64,000 nucleotides of DNA, taken from positions 20,150,001-20,214,000 of the forward strand of contig OX597835.1 of NCBI GenBank assembly GCA_951406725.2. Reading direction: 5' to 3'. The notes below the pieces were generated by a model that worked only from the letters and a program-made list of their open reading frames with translations, did no database searches and was not told the DNA's origin. Shown here piece by piece: positions 26,641-38,784 of the stretch; position 1 is the stretch's first letter; each line of letters starts with the position of its first letter. This stretch comes from Octopus vulgaris (Eukaryota). The translations under genes and the position numbers were made by a program.

Positions 26641-26876
26641 TTCCGCTTCATCGGGGAATTACCTCCCTTTGCAGGTTAAGGACACCGTGACGGTGTCGAG
26701 CCTTTCTGGTGACGTCGATGTTCGCCTGGGGCTAAATGCAACAGTAACACCCCCACCACCCTGCCCTGTCCCTAGCCATATTCAGATGGCTTGTAGTCCC
26801 TTATGTTATCGATCAGCAGTGTTACATCCTGTACATATATATATACACATACACACACCCATATATATATATATAC

Positions 26877-26956
<80 letters not shown>

Positions 26957-27043
26957 AGGATGTAACACAAAGAAGGACACTTCAGCAGTCGTTAGCTGTC
27001 TATCTACTCCTAATTACGAGCATTGAATGACAATATAAGTATA

Positions 27044-27101
<58 letters not shown>

Positions 27102-27105
<4 letters not shown>

Positions 27106-27346
27106 CAGTTTATCATTAATTAAAATCTTAAGGAAGCAAGAGTATTCATGAAAAAATTCTTATTTACCAGTGGTCTAGCGAGAAAGAAAAAAATTAGTCA
27201 ATAGTCTATATATTATTCAAAGAAGAAAACACTGTATGTTCAAACACAAAAGTGATACCCGAAGAATAGGATATCTGATGGGTTGGAGTTTTAACTGCCC
27301 TTTCTAGCGTGTCAGATATCCTATTCTTCGGGTATCCCTTTTGTGT
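27102..27346. repeat. Fold-back element in a TA tract
   Basis: 35-bp inverted repeat (1 mismatch) at 27244-27278 / 27312-27346. A further partial arm copy lies at ~27605-27635. Confidence 0.7.
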
Positions 27347-27383
27347 ATATATATATATATATATATATATACATACATATACG

Positions 27384-27433
<50 letters not shown>

Positions 27434-27561
27434 CACACGCATACATATATATACATGTATATAAATACATAGAAAAGTATATATATATGTATATATATGT
27501 ATATATATGTATGTGTGTGTGTATATGTATATATATATATGTGTGTGTGCGTATATGTATG

Positions 27562-27609
<48 letters not shown>

Positions 27610-27899
27610 AAAGAGATACCCGAAGAATAGGATATATACATGTATATACGCATAGCGAAAGAATAAAAGCGAAAGTATTTCAATTGAAACAATATAAAAT
27701 TTAGATTATTGAAAGTGAAATAATATGTAATTGAAACAATGTATAACTTACTCCGCCGAAGGCCTCATTTTATTCTTTGAGTTTTGAGACATAATACGGA
27801 ACCAGTGCCAATGTTGAATTGTTTTAATCCCATAAATCTACATGTCGACGTTCCTGGTTTCTCATAGTATTACTATGTAAAATCTGATCTCATTTCCTT

Positions 27900-28250
27900 G
27901 AATCTTTGGAGTATACATTTGAAAGAGACAGATACAAAAGACGATATTGCTAGAGTATACAGGAGTGCTAGAAAGAAATTAGATAATATTATACGTAATG
28001 ATACCAGTGGTACCTGCCCCAGATATAGAAACAATGAATGAAATAGAATACAAAGAACTTTTGACAAAGCAAACACGGTGATCAAGTAATATAAAACCGA
28101 CAAATATCAAGGAGTGATGTTTGTAGAGACCACAGCCCCTGGAGAACTAGCCTGTAGATTTAGAAAACTCTGCTGGAGACCAAACGCAACATTAAGATTG
28201 TTGAAAAATCAGGGAGCTCAGTCAGATCACAACTATGTAAGATGTACCCC
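27900..28250 (+). pseudogene. Possible decayed Penelope-like RT C-terminal/linker fragment
   Basis: Discontinuous translation IIRNDTSGTCPRYRN...YKTDKYQGVMFVETTAPGELA resembles PLE linker regions. Judged by eye only. Confidence 0.3.
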
Positions 28251-28578
28251 TCTGAGAATACCATATGCACCAATGATAACTGCATGGTATGTAGGATTAG
28301 CCGTGGCATTAAATGTAGAACTAGAAATGTAGATTACAGCATAAGATGCATAGAAGGTGCTTGTGTTTACGCGGCAAAATGTTACTGCTCCCTCTGAGTT
28401 GATGTCTATATGATGAAACTCGTCCGCTTTTTTTCTATTCAATTAATTTGGAACATGGAGTCATTTTATTGTTACTCTTTCACAGTTTTATCTATCTTTA
28501 GAGTTTTTGTTTTCTTCATCCATACTCCTCGGAATAAATGAATCAATTTCCCATTGGTAAACATTGTCCAGTTATATA

Positions 28579-28636
<58 letters not shown>

Positions 28637-28645
28637 CACACACAT

Positions 28646-28690
<45 letters not shown>

Positions 28691-28720
28691 CATACATACA
28701 TACATACATACACACACACC

Positions 28721-28786
<66 letters not shown>

Positions 28787-29161
28787 TATATATATATATA
28801 CATATACAAGTTTCTATCGGGTGATGCATTTGTCTGTATAATTTTAGTTATCTATAAAACTATATATATATACACACACACACACACACTTATATATGTA
28901 TGCATGCATTTGTGTACGTATATAGAATCGAACAGCTTTGATATATACCTTTTAGCAGCACTTTGGAATGTATTAGGATATATTTGTAAATGCATTTAAA
29001 TAATAACATAAAAAGTCATTCAATTTAACAATTTTTTTTATAAATTTCAATGCAATCCGTGGCGTTAGTTTCTGTATCTACATATTATCTACCCATAATA
29101 GTGATGCTACTGTTGCTGCTGCTGCTGCTGGTGCTTCTGCTATTGATGCTGCTAAAGATTT

Positions 29162-29163
<2 letters not shown>

Positions 29164-29219
<56 letters not shown>

Positions 29220-29243
29220 GTAATAATAATAATAATAATAATG

Positions 29244-29307
<64 letters not shown>

Positions 29308-29359
29308 TAATAATAATAGTAATAATAATAATAATAATAATGATAATAATAATAATAAT

Positions 29360-29397
<38 letters not shown>

Positions 29398-29543
29398 TAA
29401 TAATAATAACAATAATAATAATAATGATAATAATGATAATAATAATAACAATAATAATAATAATAATAATAATGATAATAATAATAACAATAATAATAAT
29501 AATAATAATAATGATAATAATAATAACAATAATAATAATAATG

Positions 29544-29594
<51 letters not shown>

Positions 29595-29602
29595 GTAATA
29601 TT
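29164..29602. repeat. (TAA)n microsatellite with TGA/CAA/TAG interruptions, ~440 bp
   Basis: Direct reading. Confidence 0.95.
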
Positions 29603-30629
29603 AACAATGGCGTCAACGATAATAAATGTTATTATTACTTTAATGCTGTTGATATTTTTTTTTTTCTTACTGGCGTTGTAATTGCTATTGTTATTTTTGT
29701 TAATATTAGTGCTACTCCTAAAATCTGTGTTGTTTTAACGTTTGTTGTGATTCAATTTCGTTATCAAAACTATATAGATAATTTGAATCGATAGATGTAG
29801 CGTAGGAGGAAAACCTTTTGAACCGCGTTTATTTGTATGTTTACTATGCATAAATGTACATACATGCATGCATATATATATGTGTGTACAGAGAGAGAGA
29901 TAGAGATAGATAGAAAGTGAGAGAGAGAGAGCGACAAAACGTGGTAGGTACATATGCACGAATACGTGTAAGTGTATGTGCGTGTTCATGGTGAAATAAA
30001 ATTGCCCATTTTTTTTGGTAAAAACGTTATCTTCAATCTTTGAGAAAACTATCGATATTGTTGGTTGTTAATATCATTATCATTCATGAATTCTGGAAGA
30101 GAGAACTCTTTGCCTAATTGATCAGACGTCGACTCAAGACTAGTTAACTGGTTCAGAAATGGATTGCTTTGTGTCAGTGTCACGCGGTATAAACAAAGTA
30201 AAATGATTTTAATGAAATGTTACATCTTCTTCGAAATATAATTGCATAAATACGATACACATCTTTGTATGTGTGTAGATATGTATATATATACATATAC
30301 ACATGTGTGCGGCAATTTTTAAAAAAAAATTGTGTATGCAAAGTTATGTATAAAATTATTTCATATGGAAGTGAGGTGTGGTTCAAAATGAAAGTGGATA
30401 TTTTATTAAATTTTACAAGGAAAGCCTCGTCAGTGACTTCGAAGTTTTCATCTAATAATCGCTATCAAATTCAGCCTAAACGTCGATTTCACCGTGAAAC
30501 GTCTCCATATGAAAATATGTATATACATAAATGCACATATACACACTCACATACGCACATCTCCTCACTCATAAGCTCCCACATACACACACAAATGCAT
30601 ACACATACATCTATATATATATATATCTT

Positions 30630-30965
30630 TTATCTTTTACTTGTTTCAGTCATTCGACTCCAGCCATGTTGGGCGGTCTGAAAGGGTTTTATGCAAACAA
30701 ATCGACCCGAGGACATTTCCGTTTTTGAAGCCTTGGTCTCCTTCCATCGGGATCTCTCTTGCCGACACGCTATGTTATCGGGGGTGGGGGGGGCAAATTG
30801 AGGCCAGCATTAGTTGAGGCGGTGGGGGACGAACACAGACTCAAAGACACACACAGACACACGTTTACACACACATTGATGCACATGTTTACACCCACAT
30901 CCAAATCCATACACAAACACACAGGCATATGCATTCACACACACACACATATTTATATGTGTATA

Positions 30966-30997
<32 letters not shown>

Positions 30998-31012
30998 GGT
31001 ATATACATACAT

Positions 31013-31063
<51 letters not shown>

Positions 31064-31215
31064 TATTATACATACATATACACAACGGGCTTTTTCCAGT
31101 TTCCGTCTAACAGATGCACTCAAGGCTGTAATCGACCAAAGATTATAGTTGAAGAGGCTTGCTCGAGATGCCAGACAGTGGCACGGAAGCATGTATTCGA
31201 GAAGTAAGCTTTTTA

Positions 31216-31220
<5 letters not shown>
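30630..31220 (-). mobile_element. SINE family A, old diverged copy
   Basis: TTTTACTTGTTTCAGTCATTCGACT tail and TTTCCAGTTTCCGTCTA body match family A. Confidence 0.65.
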
Positions 31221-31255
<35 letters not shown>

Positions 31256-31949
31256 CACATATACATGCATAAATGAATATATTTATGAATGCAGGAATAT
31301 GAGTATGCCTATGCATATATAGTGAAAAAGAAAGAGACGATAAAAGAGGGAGAGAGACACGCGCATATAGTCAGATTAATAACATGGTTAGATTATGAAA
31401 GAGAGAGAGAGAGAGTGAGACTGTTGGGATAAGCGCGAGAGAGACATAAAGAGGTAGAGACAGACAGACAGACAGATAGATAGACATACAGAATAATAGT
31501 TAGCTGGATAAATAAGTTCGAGTGTGAAGTGTTTTTTTTTTCTCTTTTAGACTTTAAGAGAATACTACTACTAATACTACTTTTCGAAGGAAAAGCATTC
31601 CTTTCTTAAATTATACATATCTGCTGGATGAAGGAGTACTTTTTATCTTGTCTGTTGTCATCAAATTTAATGTATGCTGTTATAAGTTTCAGCACTCAAA
31701 TTTCTTTACTCAATTTTATTAGACAGCTGACATTATCACAAAAGAACTCCAAAAGAAAATCATTTGTATTTTGATGGTGATTAATTGAAAATCATTTTTG
31801 TTTTACTTTATTCAACTTCCTGTTGCATAGAAATTCTAGACACTACAAAAGAGAGAGACTTTTGTCTTTTAATATTTCAAATAACTGTAGTGAAAAATGC
31901 GAATTAAAAGGAATGTAATAAGTCGGTATTTGTACCCATAGAATTCATC

Positions 31950-32820
31950 CTATGATAGGCTGCATGAAAGGCATTCCAACCACTAGTTACAAAGCAAAAT
32001 GCGGATGTTATTAAAACTCGCTGCTTTCGATTCAGACGAGCTTTGATTGCAAAATCACGAGGAGTTTAAATGAAACAAGTCCTAAATCAATTTCCCGAAA
32101 TGATTAATTTTATTAAAAGCAGAGCATTAATAACTCGTTTGTTTCAAACATTCTGTATGGACATGCATCGAAGCACAGGTTTTAACATTCGCCCACTAAA
32201 AATGCGAATATTGCCAAGTTGGAAGCTGGTCTGTCCTGTGCATGATCTATGAAAAGATTTGTACGCATTTCTTCTTCAAGATATAAAGCGAAGACGTTTT
32301 GATCATCTTCAAAGCAGCGCATGCATTTCAAAACCTGAATATTTGACAAGGATTTCAGCTTCTTAATAACCTGAACAGATGTATTCAACGTAAAAACGAA
32401 GATACGGCATAATCGGCAGAGAAACTAAAAGAATATCAGGAAAACGTAATTTCCCGGAAAAGTAAACCAAGAATGGTGGTTTCGAAATATCTCTGATATC
32501 TATCGCTATCGAACATATGATAAATCTCGAGAAAAATGTAGCTTTTATTTCCTACCACTAAAGTGTAATATGAATAAATTTGAAACACTTTCGTGGTAAC
32601 TTTGACTGATTTTGGATATCAAATACACGAAGTTGGATTGTTGGCATCCATTTCCAGTAATCTTAGACTAACAATCAAATTTGAGGAAGTGTCTCTTGAA
32701 ATATTTTGGCTTTCCACCAGGAGAAAAAAATTCCTTCGGCTGATAAAATTGCTTTGTGTTTATTGATCAAATTTTCAGCACCAATCTATGTGAATTACGA
32801 TTTCATCGTCTGATATAATA
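31950..32820 (+). pseudogene. hAT (Buster/Charlie-type) transposase fossil
   Basis: VLNQFPEMINFIKSRALITRLFQTFCMDM resembles the VNFIKxRxLNxRLFxxLCxEM motif. IWLSTRRKK...DKIALCLLIKFS resembles the C-terminal dimerisation domain. Many stops and frameshifts. Confidence 0.65.
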
Positions 32821-32851
32821 TTCAGAAAGAAAATAAATAGATATAAATAAA

Positions 32852-32891
<40 letters not shown>

Positions 32892-33148
32892 TATATTCCA
32901 ACATGATGGGGGAAATTGTGAGTTTGTTTACTAAGGAAATTTCTCATGTTTCACAGAAACCTGATTAATAAAACAAGATAAACTGGATGTTATCAAATAT
33001 TCTTTGTAAATTTTAACATAAAGACAGTTTGCTTATTTAGCTTTGTAGAGCGAGTTTAATCACACACGTGTCTGTGTGTGCGTGCTTATGTGTGACTGGG
33101 TCTCTTTCTCCCTCTTTCTTTCCCTATCTGTATATGTGTGTATGTATG

Positions 33149-33203
<55 letters not shown>

Positions 33204-33220
33204 GTATGTATATATCTGTA

Positions 33221-33295
<75 letters not shown>

Positions 33296-33412
33296 GTGTG
33301 TGTTTAAATATGTATGTATATAGTAGGTTGAAAAGGAACACACGAGTTGATATGTATAAGGAAAGTAAAACAAGGTAGAAAATGCAAAAATAATTTTATC
33401 ATGAAGAATATG

Positions 33413-33450
33413 TTAGTACCGGTTTCAGGATTTGCGAATTTTTCAGATAA
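33413..33450 (-). ncRNA. Degenerate hammerhead-like motif in an inverted terminal repeat at the 5' end of the Penelope RT fragment
   Basis: Minus strand TTAT CTGAAAA ...13 nt... GAAAC-CG-GTA CTAA, with palindromic ACCGGT stem III. Core G8 and stem II are degraded. Confidence 0.35.
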
Positions 33451-33469
33451 TTACTAATGCCTGCAAATC

Positions 33470-34450
33470 AAATTCAGGTCTATACATAAATATCTGAACA
33501 CCAGAAGACTTAAGATTAATGCCTATTATAGCGGGCCCAGCCAGTGATACCCACCGCCTAAGCAACTTTCTGGACATACTATTGAAACCTTTCCTCAGAT
33601 ACATCAAAAATTTCATTAGAGACGATCTGGCCATGCTAGAACATCTACCAAAAACCACCAACGAAGGAGCACTATTAGTCTGCTCCGATGTCATCAACCT
33701 CTGCACTAGCATTCCACAGGTCTACGAAAGAGAGGCAATAAAATTCTGGTTAGAAAAATACCCCGAAGATCTCCTCACCGCATAAACCAGACCTATGTCA
33801 TTGAATCCCTGAAGTTCATCCTACAAAATAATTAATTACTTCCTATTCAATGCGACATACTACCGCCAAAAAATGCAATATTGCGATGGGACCGAAAGCA
33901 GCGCCTTTCCTTGCGAACCTAATAATCCGTTTCTTTGAATCTACCATATATGAACTTTCGCTCTAAACATTTAGACCCCCATTCCACCAGTATATAAAAG
34001 AAAACTGGAAAAGGTACATAGACGATTGTTTTATCATCTGGAATGAAACCTATGATAAACTCCTGGATTTCAAATCCACACTGAGTAATATAATCTCCAA
34101 TATTCAATTCACAATAGAATATAGCAAGGATCAGGTTCCATTTCTGGACATTTTGGTTATAAAATATCCAACAATCAAACTGTAAAACTGACATCTATTA
34201 CAAACCAACAGACTGAAAACACTATATCCTTTTCAGTTCATGCCATCATAAACACACTAAAATAAATATCCCATTCAATCTAGCTAAAAGGATCTGTACA
34301 ATTGTATCTGACACAACCACTGAGGTACTTCACCTACAAGACCTCAAAATAACATTCATTGAGCGTCAATACCAACCCACACTAATAGACAATGGAATTG
34401 AACGTGCCAAGAAATTGGACACAAACACACAAAGGACAAAAACGAAACAC
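33470..34450 (+). pseudogene. Penelope-like element reverse transcriptase, frameshifted
   Basis: PIIAGP...LSNFLDILLKPFL, DVINLCTSIP, AMGT..AP..ANL, WKRYIDDCFIIW, PFLDILV, TDIYYKPTD, FSSCH, NIPFNLAKRICTIV. Confidence 0.88.
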
Positions 34451-34489
34451 CATTTTAAATCACTCTCATACATATTAACACAGCATATT

Positions 34490-35250
34490 AAAGAACGGTA
34501 GCTTCCCAACGTGTCGTGTGTGTCAACAACAAAATGAAACTATTGATCATGTCTCCATGTGCAGTTTTCTTGCTCCAACAGAGTTTCTCAACAGGCATGA
34601 TAGAGTAGCACAGTATATTCACTGGGTAATTTGCAAAAACATGGACCTGCCCCATGATAAAAACTGGGGGGGAACACAAACCACCTCCAGCGCTTGAAAA
34701 TGATCACATCTCACTCCTGTGGAACTTCACCATTCAAACTGACAGAAAGATAGATGCAAATAAGCCAGACATTATATTGAAACGCATCAGACAAAAATCA
34801 TGCCTCCTCATTGATATGAATCTATAGAAACGTATCTGTCAAGACCTACCAAATACTCAGCAAGTATATAGTTCTTGAAATAGAAATTAGCAAAATGCGA
34901 AACCTGAAGTCTAGGTGCCCTATGAATGATAACAAAAGGAGCTGATTGCTACCTAGCTCAGATACCAGGAAACTCCAAAATGGCAGAAATTCAAAGGATA
35001 ATGCTCATGGGAACTGCCCATAATCCTACGTGAAATACTGACTATGTAATCTCAAATTTTAGAACAAACGCATAATTTTCTTAAGGTTTCTTAAGCATTC
35101 TGTAGAAGAATACTGTGTACAAAACCAAAACTGGCACTCTAAGCATAACACCAACATGAACTTCTAACGTGTTGTTTCTTGAAGTTTCTGGGTGAGACTT
35201 GGAGCCATCTTGTACAAATGCAAAGCAAAAGTCAAACATAAAATAATAAC
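34490..35250 (+). pseudogene. R4/Dong-type non-LTR retrotransposon 3' end (CCHC finger, restriction-like endonuclease, 3' UTR)
   Basis: CRVCQQQNETIDHVSMC, RHDRVAQYIHW, LWNFTIQTDRKIDANKPDII, CLLID. The 3' UTR is shared with 52819-53392. Confidence 0.85.
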
Positions 35251-36039
35251 AATAAGTGGCTAGCAGGCATAACATCGCAATAAAAGTAAAAATATTAATT
35301 TAAAACCAGGTTTCAAGATAGTACACAGCATTGCAAGAAATAAGAATCAAAACTGCTGAAAGCCACAGTTATCACCAATACACACAGGTGAATTCGAGGA
35401 AACGAGTAAATATAAAAGTCAACTTACCATAGTTATTTAGAATCGCAAATAAATTTACAGACGAGAACGTCTGTAATATTTTTTTCTGGAGAATAGCTAT
35501 ATCCCAAAACACAGTTATTTCGTCAATAACAATATTGCTATATTGAGCTCAAGTATATTAACCCCATTGGTACAAATATATATGATCATAAGTATATCTG
35601 TTTAAATGATCAATGCTGACCTGGGGCTGAGCAACCTCAACCACCATAACATCAGTGGTTACATACCATCACTGACGTAGTTATGCAGCCGAGATAATCT
35701 CACGTAAGAGCAGTCATGTGGCAAGAGGCTTAGACCAGCTTAATCTGTTACATATGTTTCAGCCAAACAACAGAGAATATATTGATTAATTTGTACCGAA
35801 AGTGGAATGCCAAGTCCAAGAACTTTACTTTAGATCTCGCAATCTTCTCTTTTCTAAATCATTAAGTTGCAAAATATAATTGTCAGTAGCAATCTTTTGG
35901 GAATAAATTGAATCAAGCCGGCCAGCAAGACGTCTGTAACCTGGATTAGATAATTTTTTTTATCTTAATACTAATAATATTACAAATAATAATAACAATA
36001 ACAACAACAACAACAAACATGATGATGATAATAATATCA

Positions 36040-36135
36040 ATACTACTACTACTATTACTACTACTACTACTTCTACTACTACTACTACTACTACTACTAC
36101 AACTAATAATAATAATAATAATAATCATAATAATC

Positions 36136-36227
<92 letters not shown>
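36040..36227. repeat. (CTA)n/(TAA)n compound microsatellite
   Basis: Direct reading. Confidence 0.9.
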
Positions 36228-36228
<1 letters not shown>

Positions 36229-36354
36229 TACTCCCCCAGCCTTCATCAGCTGTCTTGGGGAAATTTCGAATCTGGGTTCATATTCCTAATGTATTTTTAG
36301 ATGTTATTAATATTATTATTATTATCATCATCATCATCATCATCTTCTGTAGTC

Positions 36355-37530
36355 TGGGGTGCCGGCGTCTCTCCTTTCCCTGCCTACTGTCTTCGGCGCC
36401 TGATATTTTTACACAGAAACCATTTCTCATCACCAAAAAAGGTCAAAAAAAGGTTCATCCGTGAAACGTGACATCATTGAAGAGCACACATTCACTCTCT
36501 GCACGCGATAAGATTGGGAAAGTTTGCGTGGAACACATTGACTCAATTTGCTGACTCTTCCAATGGCATGCAGGTGTCGATGAATGGTTGAATGACCAAA
36601 TCCCAGATACTCTGCTAGTTCCTCAACAGTTAGGAGGGGTTTTTGTTCCATGAGTGTTTGCAGGACTCCCTCGTCGAACTCTACAGATCTTCCAGGATGA
36701 GGCTCGTCTTCTAGTCTGTAGTATCGGGCATCGAATTTCTGGAACAACACTGACTTATAATCCGATTCCCCTGTACTGCATTAATATTCCTTGCACTTTC
36801 CATTGCCTCTAGTGAACTCATAAAGCAAAATATGCCGAATATGGTCCTTTGTCACTTCCATTATAGCTTTGAAAGTGGAGGCGCAATGGCCCAGTGGTTA
36901 GGGCAGCGGACTCGCGGTCGTAGGATCGCGGTTTCGATTCCCAGACCGGGCGTTGTGAGTGTTTATTGAGCGAAAACGCCTAAAGCTCCACGAGGCTCCG
37001 GCAGGGGATGGTGGTGATCCCTGCTGTACTTTTTCACCACAACTTTCTCTCACTCTTACTTCCTGTTTCTGTTGTACCTGTATTTCAAAGGGCCGGCCTT
37101 GTCACTCTCTGTGTCACGCTGAATATCCCCGAGAACTACGTTAAGGGTACACGTGTCTGTGGAGTGCTCAGCCACTTACACGTTAATTTCATGAGCAGGC
37201 TGTTCCGTTGATTCGGATCAACCGGAACCCTCATCGTCGTAACCGACGGAGTGCTTCCACACTGTATTAATATTCCTCGCACTTTCCATTGCCTCTAGTG
37301 AACTCATAAAGCAAAATATGCCGGATATGCTCCTTTGTCACTTCCATTATAGCTTTGAAAATATAACTGTTAAAATCGGAGTGTACGTTTTAAAATTTTC
37401 ACTAAGAATAAGTACAAGTTAAAATTACTACCTGCTTCTATAGCAAGTTGATGCAGGTAGTTTATCCCATCCCCCTCCGACTTTATTTCATGCAAATGAA
37501 GAACAAAACCCGCATTATTTATGGGTTGAC
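36355..37530 (-). pseudogene. mariner transposase 5' portion, interrupted by a SINE
   Basis: LEDEPHPGRSVEFD...LTVEELAEYLGFGHSTIHRHLHAIG...CVPRKL (WVPxxL-like) and GDEKW. Confidence 0.85.
36875..37260 (+). mobile_element. SINE family B, full length, flanked by a 100-bp direct duplication
   Basis: Near-identical to 6873-7254. Flanks 36775-36874 and 37261-37360 match at 96/100. Confidence 0.9.
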
Positions 37531-38039
37531 ACGATACTTTCAAAATATCTTTGCTAATAACATTTTCATTAAGCATCTCCGATCTTTCTGTTAATAACGG
37601 TATTTTTTGTTTTATAATCTCGCCTCTACTATAACTAAGCACCACTCTCTAATGGCTTTTCCGAGAAGACTTCCTATACTCCAAACTCTAGGCTGAAAGG
37701 AAGTTTACAATTGCTACCTCCTCACAATGGTTAAGAATATTCTAGACGTCTCTCAACCTCGAACTCAACGAGTAGAATAGAGCCCAATACATCAGTTAGC
37801 GATAGACTCACTACAATCTCTGCAACTCGAGGAGGCACACATCTCGGTAATCATATTCTAACCCCTCTCACCACCCTATGAAGAATAGAAAAAAAAAAAC
37901 ACCTCCGTTATCCTTAGGCTTAAAATAACCCCTTAAAATCTCTGTTTACATCCTCAAAACTAAATTCTAAATGCAACTATTTCTTTTATTTTATAAATCC
38001 ACTATGAAAGTTTCCAATTTCACCATACCTAACTTCTAT

Positions 38040-38203
38040 GATGTCACGTTTCACGGATGAACCCTTTTTTTTTGGGGAACCGAATAGAGACTGGTGATGA
38101 GAAATGGTTTCTGTGTGAAAATGTCAAGCGCCGAAGACAGTAGGCGGGGAAAGGAGAGACACCGGCACCCCAAACGAAAGAAGAAGAAGAAGAAGAAGAA
38201 GAA

Positions 38204-38253
<50 letters not shown>

Positions 38254-38332
38254 GGAGGAGGAGGAGGAGGAGGAGGAGGATATTAATAACATCAAAAATT
38301 ACCGTAGGAATGTGAACACAGATTCGAAATTT
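38040..38332 (+). repeat. Inverted duplicate of 36262-36475 (mariner piece, trinucleotide tract, terminal-repeat piece)
   Basis: Reverse-complement alignment by eye across all three parts. Confidence 0.75.
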
Positions 38333-38551
38333 GAATCGACCAAAGTTAAAACTCTACTGAAGAACTCTAATATTTCCTAACGTGACACTCCTTATCATTC
38401 TAATAGGAATAACATGGTCTCTAAATATCACTCCGGTAGATGTTGTTAAAATTCATATTAGTCTATATATTGATCGTTAGATTCAGTTCTTCTCTTTTGG
38501 CTTCATCAGCGTTGTTATGCTTGGGAAAGATGTGGTGTTACATATAATACT

Positions 38552-38784
38552 TATTTCTTTATTACCCACTAGGGGCTAAACACAGAGGGGACAAACAAGG
38601 ACAGACATAGGTATTAAGTCGATTACATCGACCCCAGTGCGTAACTGGTACTTAATTTACCGACCCCGAAAGTATAAAAGGCAAAGTCGACCTCGGCGGA
38701 ATTTGAACTCACAACGTAACGCAGACGAAATACCGCTATGCATTTCACCCGGCGTGCTAACGCTTCTGCCAGCTCGCCGCCTTA
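38552..38784 (-). mobile_element. SINE family C with a 16-bp TSD
   Basis: TGTTACATATAATACT at 38536-38551 and 38785-38800. Confidence 0.9.

Larger units (their letters stand above)
25674..26820. mobile_element. Candidate non-LTR retrozyme / non-autonomous Penelope-type element: 360-bp unit x2.3 in tandem plus inverted copy
   Basis: 25674-26033 and 26034-26393 are identical line by line, and 26394-26514 is a partial third copy. 26512-~26820 is the reverse complement of most of the unit. Each full unit contains a hammerhead motif, and there is no credible ORF. Confidence 0.75.

Noticed and set aside
25649-26965. Repeated ORFs MVSASSGNYLPLQVKD... in the 360-bp unit
   Set aside because: They use GTG starts, are short, have different C-termini and no recognisable domain. 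They recur only because the DNA is repeated.
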